Shown one piece after another: positions 12,201 through 24,058 of a stretch of DNA of 64,000 bases. This stretch comes from Mobula hypostoma (Eukaryota): the NCBI RefSeq assembly GCF_963921235.1, contig NC_086097.1:169386001-169450000 (forward strand), read 5' to 3'. The translations under genes were made by a program, and so were the position numbers. The stretch's first letter is position 1. Every line of letters begins with the position of its first letter. A model generated the notes under the pieces. That model ran no database searches. It had not been told where the DNA came from and was given only the letters and a program-made list of their open reading frames with translations.

Positions 12201-13406
12201 ATTCACAACACAGGACTTTACAATGTTCTTCAAATAATGAAGTCTTAGGAACAGTAACCCAAATGTGTCTTGCTAGTCTTAGTTTAGGGATCAGGAGGAT
12301 CTTACAAATCAGAAAAGAATGGTCAAATAATTAATAGAGAAAATGAAAAAGAAAGCAAGGAAGAGGATGCCAGTGTTAAGTCAGTAAAATATCAAGCCAT
12401 AATTGCGAATGCTACAAATTTGAAATAAAAACGAAAAATTTAAAACACTCAGTAAGTCAGGCATCATCGACAAAAACACGCCAAGTTGTAGTCTGAGAAC
12501 TAAGAAAAATTTGAAACCCAACACATGTTCAAGCGTGAAAAGTAAATCAATAGGAATGCCTGTGGTTGGAGAACAACAGAAATAATGACACAAATAGTAT
12601 TAGAGCAGAGGCAGGGTGTCTTGCTAACTGCAAACGATCTGTCTGGAGGAAATGAAAATAAAATAACAAGTGAGATGGGAAAAAAATAGAACGACAATGT
12701 TGGAAATGCTAGCTACAAAATGGAAATCATAAAAGCAGCAGATGTGGAAATCCGACACCGAGTCACAGTTATACTACATAGAATAGCCCTTTGGCCCACC
12801 ACATCAACCATGATGCCCTCTATACGAATACCGTGTCCAAATAGGTCCTTATCCTTCGATACCATGTCTATAAGTGGACATTTGTATTCCTCTTAAATAC
12901 AGTGACTCAAAAATGACTGCAAACTCTTGAAATGTTTTCCCTGAAAATATTGTGGATGCTTGGTGTTGGAGAGCATTCGAGTCAAAAATCGTTAGATTTT
13001 TGGATACCAAGGGATATAGGAATGCTGAATTCCAACTATTTGCCTGGTATCCTGTGTTTCATGACTGATTTCTGAATAGTCAATGCAGATTTATGTGCTT
13101 TTTGCTAAATGCTCAACCTGGCTTTCAGACTTGTCTCTAAGTCTTGTGACCTCTCCCAATCTTTGAAACATGAGGTTAATGCACACTTCCCTTGGCTTTT
13201 ATTATTCATTTCTAATGCCACTACTTTCAACTTCTCTAATTAAAAATGTTGGAATTCCCTTCCTAAATCTGCCATACTATCTGCTTATGTATCTCAAATA
13301 CTTTGCTGTTAATGTTTTTTGTGAAGTGTTGTGGAACATAAAGTATTAACACTAAAAGGGAATTGGTTCAGCCAAGAATCCAATATAAATTTCAAAAATT
13401 TCTTAC

Positions 13407-13518
13407 CTTAATAGGGTTCACCAGACCACCAATGGCTGTGCTATTCTGCAGTGTTGTATCAATAGCAGAAATATAACTCAGTCGGCTTAGATTTGAGCTG
13501 CAGTACAAAGAGGATGAA
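13407..13518 (-). CDS. CEP192: CEP192 exon (SSSLYCSSNLSRLSYISAIDTT...NPIK); alternative start at 13521
   Basis: Tandem acceptor ttcccagcag| (phase 2), donor AAG|gtaaga (phase 0). Confidence 0.92.
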
Positions 13519-13679
13519 CTGCTGGGAACAAAGTACTATTTTCAGACAAAGAGCAGCATTGCCATTGACTATAATTCATAATAAGATCAATGAAACCATG
13601 TGCCAGTTTTTTTCCTCTTGATTATTGTTCTGTGTCCCTCGCTACTTTGACACTGATTGACCTCTCACAGTTACTCAAA

Positions 13680-14667
13680 TGCTCTCCTATCAGATTTCTT
13701 CTTCTCTAGCCCTTTACTTTTCCTATCCACGAAGTTTCACCTATCACCTTCTAGCTCAGCGGTCCCCAACCACTGGGCCGCGGACCGGTACCGGGCCATA
13801 AAGCATGTGCTACCGGGCCACGAGGAAATGATACGAGTCAGCTGCACCTTTTCCTCATTCCCTGTCACGCACTGTTGAACTTGAACACAGGATTGCCAAC
13901 TGTCCCGTATTTGCCAGGACATCCCGTATATTGGGCTAAATTGGTTTGTTCCATATGGGACCGCCCTTGTCCCGTATTTCCCCTGCTAAGGTAGAGTGTT
14001 CCTATGAAGTCGTTTGTGCCGAAATGGCTTAAAGCGCAGAAGCAATTACCATTAATTTATATGGGAAAAGTTTTTCAGCGTTCCCAGACCCAAAAAATAA
14101 CCTACAAAATCATGTCAAATAACACATAAAACCTAAAATAACACTAACGTACAGTAAAAGCAGGAATGATATGATAAATACACAGCCTATATAAAGTAGA
14201 AATAATGTATGTACAGTATAGTCGGGAAGATTAAGCCAAAACCGATTTGTGGGAAAAAAATCAGCATGTATGCGCATGCACACACAGGTGCTCACACAAG
14301 GCCTCATGGTCATGGTAGTCTTTCCTGGGGTAAACACAAGTGTCCCGGGATTTGACTGCTAATTTTGTCCCTTATTTGGGAGTGAGAAAGTTGGCAACCT
14401 TAACTGTAAAAGACATGTTGAGGTGAGTTTAACCCAACTTGAACCCCTCCCCCCCTACCCCGGTCAATATTAAACCGGTCCGCGGTGCATAATAGGTTGG
14501 GGACCCCTGTTCTAACTAGTCCTGCTTCCCCTCCCCCACCTTTTTATTCTAGCATTGCCCCGTCCTTTCCAGTCCTGAAGAGTCTCGGCCCAAAACATCA
14601 ACTGTTTATTCATTTCCATAGATGTGCCTGACCTGCTGAGTTCCTCCAGCTTTTTGTGTGTGTTGCA
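13680..14667 (+). mobile_element. PLE 3' terminus split by a hAT MITE
   Basis: Pyrimidine-rich tail, cagtcctgaagagtctcggcccaaaacatcaactg and gacctgctgagttcctccagc; continuous across 13757-14509. Confidence 0.7.
13757..14509. mobile_element. Non-autonomous hAT (Charlie-type) MITE with an internal second TIR pair at about 13889-14400
   Basis: TIRs CAGCGGTCCCCAACC / GGTTGGGGACCCCTG; 8-bp TSD TTCTAGCT / TTCTAACT; internal AGGATTGCCAACT / AGTTGGCAACCT. Confidence 0.88.
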
Positions 14668-15639
14668 TGAAACAAGGAATTTCAGCCAGGTACTCAACCA
14701 TGCAGAGTACAGTGAACAACCTAACCTGATCCTTATTCTTGGAGGCAGGACACATTGTACACAGAGGTGATTGCCATCAGAGTGGATCCCAATTCATCTG
14801 TGATTATCAGACTCAACTTAAGACCAGAAGTCAATTTGGACTCTGATCAGTTTGGTTTAATTCTACACCAGGTATTATCTAAGAAATCATTAAAATATAG
14901 ATATTTACCACAAAGAACATTAAATCATAAATTATTTCGCTCACAACCAACTTCAATTTTAATCCTAAATGCCACAATATTTCTATTTACTTTGCTGTTC
15001 ATAAAGACTCAAGAAATGAGATGATAACAAGATCAGTTTTGAATCCATGGCAGAGCGTTATATAGAATCTTGAAGGACTTTGACAAACTGAAAGAGCTAA
15101 TGGTCCATTACTACCGGTCAAGATGGCGCCAGCAAACAATGATTTCTCGGGCAAAATCTTCCAGACAGCTAATCTTTCCAATTATTTCACTTCTCCACCT
15201 TCTGCTTGTTCTTCTCATCTCATTTGTGTTATGGAAACTGTTGGAGCCTGAGAAGTAGTTTGGAACTCGATCGAAGAATCCACCACAATGCTGTGTCCGG
15301 ACAGCTGCCTCGTAGAGATCACACTCGGGAGGCGAAAAGGATTGAGGACACAAGCTGACTCATGGAATTGAGCAGAGACGAGGCACGGGGTTATGAGGCA
15401 TCGAGGTGAATGTGGCAGGGGTTCAGCAGCCTGACACATTCAGCCCTGGATTAGCAGTGTTCGGACCCATGTTTTTACTGAAGGACTGAGTTCGTGTGGC
15501 TGCTCTCATTGTACGCAGATGAAAAGTTTCCGATATTCTGAGATCTATGTGATTATTGAACCATACTTTTTATTGGTTTCCTTTAATTCTTTGTTTTCTT
15601 TCTTATGGCTGATTGGTGCTACTGTTGCAAGTGACAGGG

Positions 15640-15833
15640 TCAGGTTCTCTTTTTTTTTCTGCAAGTGATGGGGTTGGGGACTGTTAATATCACTTTTTTT
15701 TTTGCAAGTGATGGGGTTGGGGACTGTTAATGTCACTTTTTTTTAAAGCAAGTTACAGGGTTGGGGACTATTATTGTTATTGGGTTTTTTTCTCTGCGAG
15801 TAACGGGGTTGGGGACTGTAGCTGTTTTTTTTC
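15640..15833 (+). repeat. Imperfect tandem repeat of about 45 bp (Tn-GCAAGTGATGGGGTTGGGGACTGTTAAT), 4 units; diverged units continue at about 21755-21850
   Basis: Units visible directly in the sequence. Confidence 0.85.
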
Positions 15834-16190
15834 TTTCTTTCTTTTTAAATCTTTTTATTGAGTAAGTATACAAAAAAGGTAAGCCATATAAACATTAATA
15901 CAATGTTAAAGTATAATAAAATTCCAAAAGATAACAATACCAAAAAGAAAATACTACAAACAATGTAATTTAAGCATAAGAAACCAAGATAACATAATAG
16001 TATACTAGATTTTATATATATCAATGGAAAAAAAGAAAAAAAAAACCCCAAAAAAAAACCCACCGTGCAACTAACTAAAAGCAAAACAAAGCAATGGGCT
16101 AACTTGAAACCAAACAGAGTTAAACTTAAAATCACGTCCTCAATCCCGACCTCCATTAAAACAGTGAAAAAAAAACAAGAAGGGTAAATA

Positions 16191-16887
16191 TTACATTAAA
16201 TGAAAATATCGAATAAAAGGTCCCCAAATCTGTTCAAATTTAAATGAAGAATCATAAAGGTTACTTCTAATTTTCTCCAGATTCAAACATAAAATCGTCT
16301 GAGAAAACCAAAAAAAGGTAGTTGGAGCATTAAGCTCTTTCCAATGTTGTAAAATACATCTTTTCGCCATTAAAGTAAGAAATGCAATCATTCTACGGGC
16401 TGAAGGGGAAAGATTACTAGAAATTTTAGGTAGTCCAAAGATAGCAGTAATAGGGTGAGGAGAGATATCTATATTTAATACCTTAGAAATAATATTGAAA
16501 ATATCTCTCCAAAAAGTTTCCAAAGTAGGGCAAGACCAAAACATATGAGTTAAAGAGGCTATCTGCCCCGAACATCTATCACAGAAAGGATTAATATGCG
16601 AGTAAAAACGCGCTAACTTATCTTTGGACATATGTGCTCTATGAACCACTTTAAATTGAATTAGGGAATGTTTAGCACAAATAGAGGAAGTATTAACTAA
16701 TTGTAAAATCTGCCCCCAATCCTCCACAGAAATGGTAAGCCCCAATTCCTGTTCCCAATCTACCCTAATCTTATCAAATGGAGCTTTCCTAAGTTTCATA
16801 ATAATATTATAAATCATAGCCGATGCACCTTTCTGACATGGATTAAGGTTAATTATCGAATCTAAAATATATATAGGAGGAAGCATT
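16191..16887 (-). CDS. L1 ORF2 C-terminal part (Cys-rich CDRC...HMFWSC), displaced by the inversion
   Basis: QFKVVHRAH, CDRC, LTHMFWSCP, W..F ending; open to the stop at 16191. Confidence 0.88.
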
Positions 16888-17047
16888 CCATAGGACTTCC
16901 GGTAGCGCTCATGGAGTGAAGTCGCGTTCTTGACTCGCTCCATTACCTCTGAGTTTTTTTTTCTCTATGGTCAGCTACACTTTAATTAACCATTAAGGCA
17001 TCAATTTTTACAATACTTTGAATTAAACTGAATTCTCTGACAATTGG

Positions 17048-17947
17048 ATGATACTTAGATCTGCTATGTCTAAGAACGGGAAAAACGGCAAGGATGGTAA
17101 ACCTCCGGTTAAACCGAAAGCTACGGATCTCCCTCCGACTGAATCACCGGTGACTTTGAAAGCGATATCGGAGTTAATTCAGAGGGAAATTTCAACCTCT
17201 GTTAGGGAGATGATTCGTACGGAAATTGCAGGCTTTGTTAAAGACCTGATTCATACGGAAATCTCAACTAATTTCCAGAAAATTGCCGATTTAATTGATA
17301 AGATGCAAACATGTATTGCGGAACATCAGTCGGCTATATCTGATCTTCAAAAATTCGCGCAACAAAGTGAGCTTAAGATGGGGAAAATCGAAGAAACAAT
17401 TAATGTAATGAAGAAGAAACTTGACTTTTTGACTTTTAAAAACTCTGACTTGGAATCTAGAATGCGACGGCAGAATTTACGAATGATTGGCGTGAGGGAA
17501 GCCGTTGAAGCTAACAACCCCATGAAATATTTCTCTCAGCTTTTAAAAGATGCATTCCCTACTGTATTTCCTGACCAACCACCGCTACTGGATCGTGTTC
17601 ACAGAATCCCATCATACTCGTCTAGGTCAGATAGACCTAGGCATGTTATCTTACGTTTTCATTACTTTCAAGACAAGGAGAGACTGTTTCGATTCGCTCG
17701 ATCTAAAGGTTTCATTGATTTTTCGGATCTTAGGTTCCGATTCGTGGAAGATTTCAGTAAACCAATCTGGGACCAACGGGTCCGTTACAGATCCGTGATG
17801 TCGGAATTCTATAAGATGGATTTAAGACCAGCGCTGCTGTACCCTGCACGTCTAAGGATTCGCATGTTAGATGGAGCCCTTCGTTTTTTTGATTCTCCAT
17901 CGGATGTCCAGAGTTATCTGGATCAACTTTCATCTTCAACATCTTAA
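17048..17947 (+). CDS. L1 ORF1p (coiled coil, RRM, CTD), intact, 299 aa
   Basis: DLESRMRRQNLRMIGV, LDRVHRI, PRHVILRFHYFQDKE, EDFS, LLYPARLRI. Confidence 0.92.
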   Translation: MILRSAMSKNGKNGKDGKPPVKPKATDLPPTESPVTLKAISELIQREISTSVREMIRTEIAGFVKDLIHTEISTNFQKIADLIDKMQTCIAEHQSAISDLQKFAQQSELKMGKIEETINVMKKKLDFLTFKNSDLESRMRRQNLRMIGVREAVEANNPMKYFSQLLKDAFPTVFPDQPPLLDRVHRIPSYSSRSDRPRHVILRFHYFQDKERLFRFARSKGFIDFSDLRFRFVEDFSKPIWDQRVRYRSVMSEFYKMDLRPALLYPARLRIRMLDGALRFFDSPSDVQSYLDQLSSSTS

Positions 17948-18669
17948 TTGCCTTTTTTTTAATTTTCTCCGTTGATCGGAGGCTGTGAATTGGTTGGTTT
18001 TAACTTTTCTGTGCCCTATTTGGGCAGAAAAGTTTACTTTTGATTTCTTAATATGGCTGCTAAACTTTCTTTTTAACTGCGTCATTTCTTTCTTTTCCCA
18101 GGGGATTCTGGGTGGTTACTTCCCTTTTGTCATCTTACGTATTTCCTGTGCGGCCTTAAATTTTGTAGTTTTTTTTTAAATTTTATTCTGTTTTGCTTTT
18201 TATAATCACTTTATGTTAATAATCCTATTTTTTTTTGTTGCTGTGTCTATTCATGAGTTTGAGGTTTATTGTGGTTTTTTTCAATATATATTTTCCGGCT
18301 TTTGTTCTGTTCTGTGTGTATTCTAATTGAGCTAACTTTTTTTTACTTATTTTTTTACTGTTTTACAATTAGCTGATCCTTTTCATATTTATACCTTTTT
18401 TTTAGGGAGCGTATACCGGAAGTCATGGGGGTAGTTTTAGCGCTTGCTTCTTTCTGGCGGGTCTGCTTTAGATTTTGCCTTGGGGTCTTGGGGTGGCGGG
18501 TGGTGGGAGGGGCTTCACGTTTTAGTTTGTTTTTCTTTGGGCTATATACATTATTGAAGTACTGGTTGCGTCCTTTTCCCCGGTATCTTTTGTATGTTCT
18601 GTTTCCTCTCCGGGTTTGTGGGTCGCGCCTATTGTCAATCCTCCTTGTTGTGGGTTGACTTTAGGATTT

Positions 18670-21600
18670 ATGGAGTCTATTATTAATTTTGTCTCCTGGA
18701 ATACTAATGGTCTTAATCATCCTATTAAAAGAAAAAAAGTTTTTAAAGTGTTCCGGAGACTTAAAGCACAAATTTTATTTTTACAAGAGACCCATGTACG
18801 GAGGGGGGACAGACTACGTTTTTTCAAATTCTGGAAGGGTCAACAATTTCATTCGAACTCCAATGCTAAGATTCGAGGCGTCTCTATTTTTATAGATTCC
18901 TCAGTTACTTTTATACAACAGGATATTATCTCTGATCCGAATGGTAAATTTTTATTGGTTAGTGGTTTACTATTTAATAAAAAAAGTAGTTTTGGTTAAT
19001 GTTTATGCTCCTAATATGGATTGTCCGGAATTTTATAAATCATTGTTTGATCAGTTTCCGAATTTGAACGAGTTTTCATTGATTTGGGGCGGAGATCTTA
19101 ATACCTGTTTATCTCCAGCTTTGGACCGTTCGGCTCCTTTACGGACTTTACCTAATAAATCTGCAAATTTGATTAATTTTTTCCTTTCTGATTCTGGGTC
19201 GACGGACATTTGGCGTTTTCTGCATCCTCAGGAAAAAGATTTTTCCTTTTTTTCACATGTTCATCATTCCTATTCAAGAATTGATTATTTTTTTATTGAT
19301 TCTCGTCTCATTCCTTCAGTGATTAAATGTGATTATGATTCTATAACCATTTCGGATCATGCTCCACTTAAGCTTTCTATTAAAATTATGGCCAATATAC
19401 CAAACAATAGACAATGGCGTTTTAATTCGCTGTTGCTTCAGGACTCGGATTTTGTTAATTTTATGAATGATCAGATTGAGCTTTTTTTTACAATTAACCA
19501 TACAGAAGATATTTCGGTTAACACTCTTTGGGACACTTTTAAAGCCTATATTCGGGGTCAGATTATTTCGTATTCCGTTGCTTTGAGGAAGAAACAGAAG
19601 CAGGAGGAGATGGCAATTGTGGACAAGATTAAAGAAATTGATAAGAAATATGTTATGGCTCCTTCTGAGGAGCTATACAAACAAAGAACTGAACTTCAAA
19701 TGGAACACAGTTTACTACTCTCGTCCTCGATTGTAAACCAATTAAAGAAAACAAGAAGTGATTTTTATGTTCACAGTGATAAAATTGGCAAGCTGCTGGC
19801 TAATCAATTGAAATCTAATTATGTTAAATCTCAAATCAATCAGATTTATAACCAAAATGATCGATTGATATTGAATCATGTGGGGATTAATCAAACCTTT
19901 TGTGATTTTTATTCTTCTTTATATCAATCAGAGTCTCCTCGAGATTCTAAATATATGAATGATTTTTTAGATAAGTTAGACTTCCCTCAGATTTCACAGG
20001 ATATGTCTTCTTTATTAGATACTTCCATTACAATGGATGAGATTAAGAATGTTATTTTTTCTATGAATCTGGGGAAAGCTCCTGGCCCTGATGGGTTTAC
20101 CGTTGAATTTTATAAATGTTTTGCTTCTTTATTGATTCCTTGGCTCTATAAGGTTTTTGAGGCTTCTTTGAAACTTGGTAAACTTCCGGAATCTTTTAAT
20201 AGAGCATCAATTTCTTTAATACTAAAGAAGGATAAAGACCCTGCTCAATGTGCATCTTATAGACCAATATCTTTATTAAATGTTGATTCTAAAGTTTTTT
20301 CTAAGTTATTAGCAAATAGACTAGAAAAAGTACTTCCTTCTATTATTTCGGAAGACCAAACGGGTTTTATTAAAGGTCGTTACTCTTTTTATAATATTCG
20401 TACATTGTTAAATATCGTTTATACTCCCTCACAAAATGTTCCTGAGTCTGTTATTTCTTTAGATGCCGAGAAAGCTTTTGATAGAGTAGAATGGCCTTAT
20501 TTATTTAAGGTGCTTGAAATGTTTAATTTTAGCTTGAAATTTATATCCTGGATTAAACTGTTATATCACTCCCCTGTAGCCTCGGTTCGTACTAACTCTT
20601 TAAACTCACCTTTTTTTCCTCTCTTTCGTGGTACTCGACAAGGCTGTCCTCTTAGTCCCCTATTATTTGATATTGCATTAGAACCTCTTGCAATTGCTAT
20701 TCGAGAATCTTCAAATATTACTGGGATAACTCGGGGATTAAAGTCCCATAAATTATCACTCTATGCTGATGATTTACTTTTATATATTTCTAATCCTGAG
20801 AGATCTATTCCTGCTGTTTTAGAGTTATTAGCACAATTTGGTCTTTTCTCAGGTTATAAATTAAATCTTAGTAAGAGTGAACTTTTTCCGATTAATAAAC
20901 ATCTTCCCTTATATTATAAATTTCCATTTAAATTGATTAATAATTACCTTTCATATCTTGGGATTAAAATTACTTGTAAACATAAAGATTTATTTAAGAC
21001 TAACTTTTTACCATTAATAGACCATATTACTCAACTTTCATCTAAATGGTTTCCCTTATATTTAACTTTGATTGGTCGTATTAATGCAGTTAAGATGTTT
21101 TTTTTGCCAAAATTTTTATATGTGTTTCAGGCATTACCAATTTTCGTTCCTAAATCTTTTTTTGATAAAGTCGACTCTAAAATTTCTTCATTTATTTGGC
21201 AGAATAAGAATCCGAGACTGGGTAAAATACATTTACAGAAAGCTAAGAGAGATGGAGGTTTAGCATTACCTAACTTTAGATTTTATTATTGGGCTATTAA
21301 TATTCGACATATGAAATTTTGGTTACTTGACCGGGATATACTATCTATTCCTAAATGGGTAGCATTGGAATTACAATCTGTTCAGGGTTATACACTTGGT
21401 TCTATTTTAGGTTCATCTCTTCCTTTTGATTCGAAACGCCTTAAGCAGGTCTCTAACCCGATCGTTAAATATGCTTTGCGTATTTGGTTTCAATTCAGAA
21501 AATTTTTTGATCTCAATCAATTCGGGTTAGCGATTCCTATTTTAGGTAACATATTTTTTCCTCCCTCTTTTACGGATCGCGCTTTTCAAACTTGGAAGAC

Positions 21601-21754
21601 TAAGGGTATTTTACGGTTTTTGGATTTATTTTTAGATGGTTCCCTTATGTCTTTTGAACAATTATCTAATAAATATAACTTATCAAGAATACATTTTTTT
21701 AGATATTTACAAGTTAGAAATTTCCTAAGTACTATACTTTCTTCCTTTCCAATG
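18670..21754 (+). pseudogene. L1 ORF2p, endonuclease plus RT; one +1 frameshift in the A7 run at 18979-18985; truncated by the inversion
   Basis: SWNTNGL, LQETH, NVYAPN, GGDLN, SRIDYF, SDHAP; APGPDG, YRPISLLNVD, LDAEKAFD, RQGCPLSP, YADD. Confidence 0.92.
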
Positions 21755-21995
21755 TTTTTTTTCCAGCGAGTGACTGGGTCAGGAACTGTTAAGTGTCACT
21801 TTTTTTATGTCAGCGATGGGATCAAGGATTATTATTGTCCCTGTCATTTTTCTTACTGTTCGGCGAGCATTTTTGGGGTCAGCAAGTTCTGTTTCTTTTC
21901 TTTTCCATGCCGGGGGGGGTGGGGGTTGTTGATGTCCTTTATTTCATCAACACCCAAGGTTTTTCTGTATTTAATAGCTATCTATAGTATATAAA

Positions 21996-23033
21996 CTAGA
22001 TAGCAGGGTGACCCGTTGGGGTACCCTTTAAGAGAAGGGTAGTGCAGCCTGATATGACCAGAATGAACATTAAATTTTCCTGAATGCTATTGGTATCGCT
22101 TTGCTTTGGAAACTGAAGTAGAAAACCTCAGTTTATTAAAAAAGGACACGTAGCAAAGGAAATATAGCTGCTCCTCATTTAAAGAAGGACACTTTTGATG
22201 GCATCATTTCTGGCTTATCTGCCACCCTTGTGCCTCTCGTTGTCATTCTGGAGACATGCAGTCCTTTCATCCCCCATCTCTTCAGCTGTTTGTTATTTGT
22301 CTCTGATCCTGGAGACGTGCATGCCTCTCCTCCGCCTCTTCTTCTCTCATCTTTTTTTGCCCTGACTCTTTGATCCTGGAGTCGTGCAGCCCTGGCCTCA
22401 TCCGATCCTTGTTCTCTCCCTCTCCTTGCCGCTTCCCGACAACGTTTGGCGTCATCTCTTGACCACGGCCCCCTTCCCTTTCCTCGCGACATAATTAGGC
22501 TGACCAATTTTTTCTTTACCCTAATGCTGGATAGAAGATACGAAGCAGTAACACCAAAGGATGCTGATTATTCTTGATGATGTGGTTGGTGCTCTCCTAA
22601 ATGGATGTAATATAATCACCGCTGTCCTTTGACTGCAGCAAAGGGTTTGATGGCTGTCTCGAAGTACGTCATTACAATAAGATCTTTTATTGATGGGTGG
22701 CAGTTAAATCTGTCCCAATCCAGCACATGCTGATGGTGATTAGCAGAATGTGACCCCTCGAAATAGAGCTGCCCTGCCCTTTTGCTCTAGTAGGTGTCAC
22801 CGCTGAGGCTGGCCACGCACATGCGTCGGGCTGTCGCGTCCCGATTTCTATGATGGCAGATTGGCTCTTGGGTTAAAAGGGAGCCTGTTGATTTTGGCGA
22901 ATGAGTAATTTTATACGAATATATAACCCTGAACTTTGCCTGCATTCTGTAAGTGCCGCTGTAATGCACTGTTTGTGCTAATTGGAGGTCACAAACTGAC
23001 AGACAGAGCATGTGAGTTTTAGTAGTATATAGA
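21996..23033 (-). mobile_element. Non-autonomous Helitron, 1038 bp
   Basis: On minus: A|TCTATATA start; hairpin GGGTACCC-caac-GGGT(C)ACCC; CTAG|T end; no TSD; relic of RepHel-like N-terminal repeats (EARAARLQDQR). Confidence 0.88.
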
Positions 23034-23450
23034 TATCGAGTTGTATTGTACATTCATACTTTGACAATGAAGTGAACCTTTACTGACAAAATTACCCAAG
23101 CCTGACTGGATTGTTATGCTACTAAATATGATTTTTTTTTTGGACAAGAACTTGAAGAAGTTTCAATATAATAGCCAAATGTGAATAATTGATGACAAGT
23201 TATACCAAATAGTTATTTAGGAGGCAGAACAAAGGGGCAACAACTGAATAAGATTCCACCTTCAAATGAAAGAAGCAGAGTCATACTGCTCAACTATGTA
23301 GCCAACGTGAAGCCCAAGTAATTCAGAATCCGCCTGTAATTATGTGCATGATTCAGGGTTATGAGGAGCATTCAATTCATAAAATGAACCAAAGACTTTT
23401 GTTCTTAACTATAGTTCTTTGTAAATCATTCAGAGAAAGACTACATGAAC

Positions 23451-23600
23451 CACAAACAAGAGAAAAATCTGCAGACGCTGGAAGTCCAAAGCAATACACA
23501 CAAAATGCCAGAGAAACTCAGGCCAGGCAGCATCTGTGGAAAAGAGTAAACAGTCGATGTTTCAAGCCAAGACCCTTCATTAAGGTCGAGTCCTGATGAA
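23451..23600 (-). mobile_element. Short PLE terminus with degenerate hammerhead, plus a small inverted stub
   Basis: Minus: ...atgaagggtcttggcttgaaacatcgactg...gatgctgcctggcctgag; plus stub gagtcctgatgaa. Confidence 0.7.
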
Positions 23601-24058
23601 AGACTGTTTGAATATTATTGCACAGCAGCCTTTTTCAATCCATGAACTGATTTATGAAGTATCAAGTTATTAAAATCTAACCACCTGAATGAAATTAAAA
23701 TATACTTAACGTTTATTTCAGACATTAAGCTACAGTACAACATTTCTTCTTGGTACAATTGCCATCTGAAGATTAAAAAGGGTCCCATGGTAATTCCTTA
23801 AATGGCTTCAACTACACAATGACTAGGAATCTCATTACTAGATTGCTGCCCCAGCATTCTGCTACCATTTCAACATAAAAATTGACATAGCCAACAACTG
23901 ACTTCAACTGCTGTTCACAGGCATTTTGTTAAACAAATATTTTCTAATATACTATTCAATAGAATTGCATATAAGAAATGGGAAAATGAATGAAATATTT
24001 ATTTGATAGGAAAGTATATTTCTAAAATAAAAAATATAGAACAAAAGGATTTCTTTAC

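Larger units (their letters stand above)
15834..21752 (-). mobile_element. Full-length young L1 with twin-priming inversion: 3' piece on minus (15834-16887), 5' piece on plus (16893-21754)
   Basis: TSD TGTTTTTTTTC at 15823-15833 and 21753-21763; AATAAA plus GAAA-repeat tail on minus; ORF2 breaks at ...FPM and resumes LPPIY... on the other strand. Confidence 0.93.
15110..23080 (+). mobile_element. Non-autonomous retroelement of about 1 kb (about 15110-15833, 21764-21995, 23034-23080) that hosts the L1 and a Helitron
   Basis: Starts with ggtcaagatggcgcc; its tandem repeat continues on both sides of the L1; ends in a tail (gttgtattgtacattcatactttgacaat...gaaccttt) like other LINE tails in the window. 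Confidence 0.55.

Noticed and set aside
15640..15833. CRISPR-like repeat array
   Set aside because: Degenerate head-to-tail units with no unique spacers, no cas genes, vertebrate context.
18941..21994. 1017-aa ORF as a complete RT gene
   Set aside because: Its N-terminus comes from the frameshift and its last 79 aa are read-through into flanking DNA past the inversion breakpoint.
21980..21995. Second Helitron 5' end (ATCTATAGTATATAAA) on plus
   Set aside because: Better explained as host retroposon sequence that continues after 23033.
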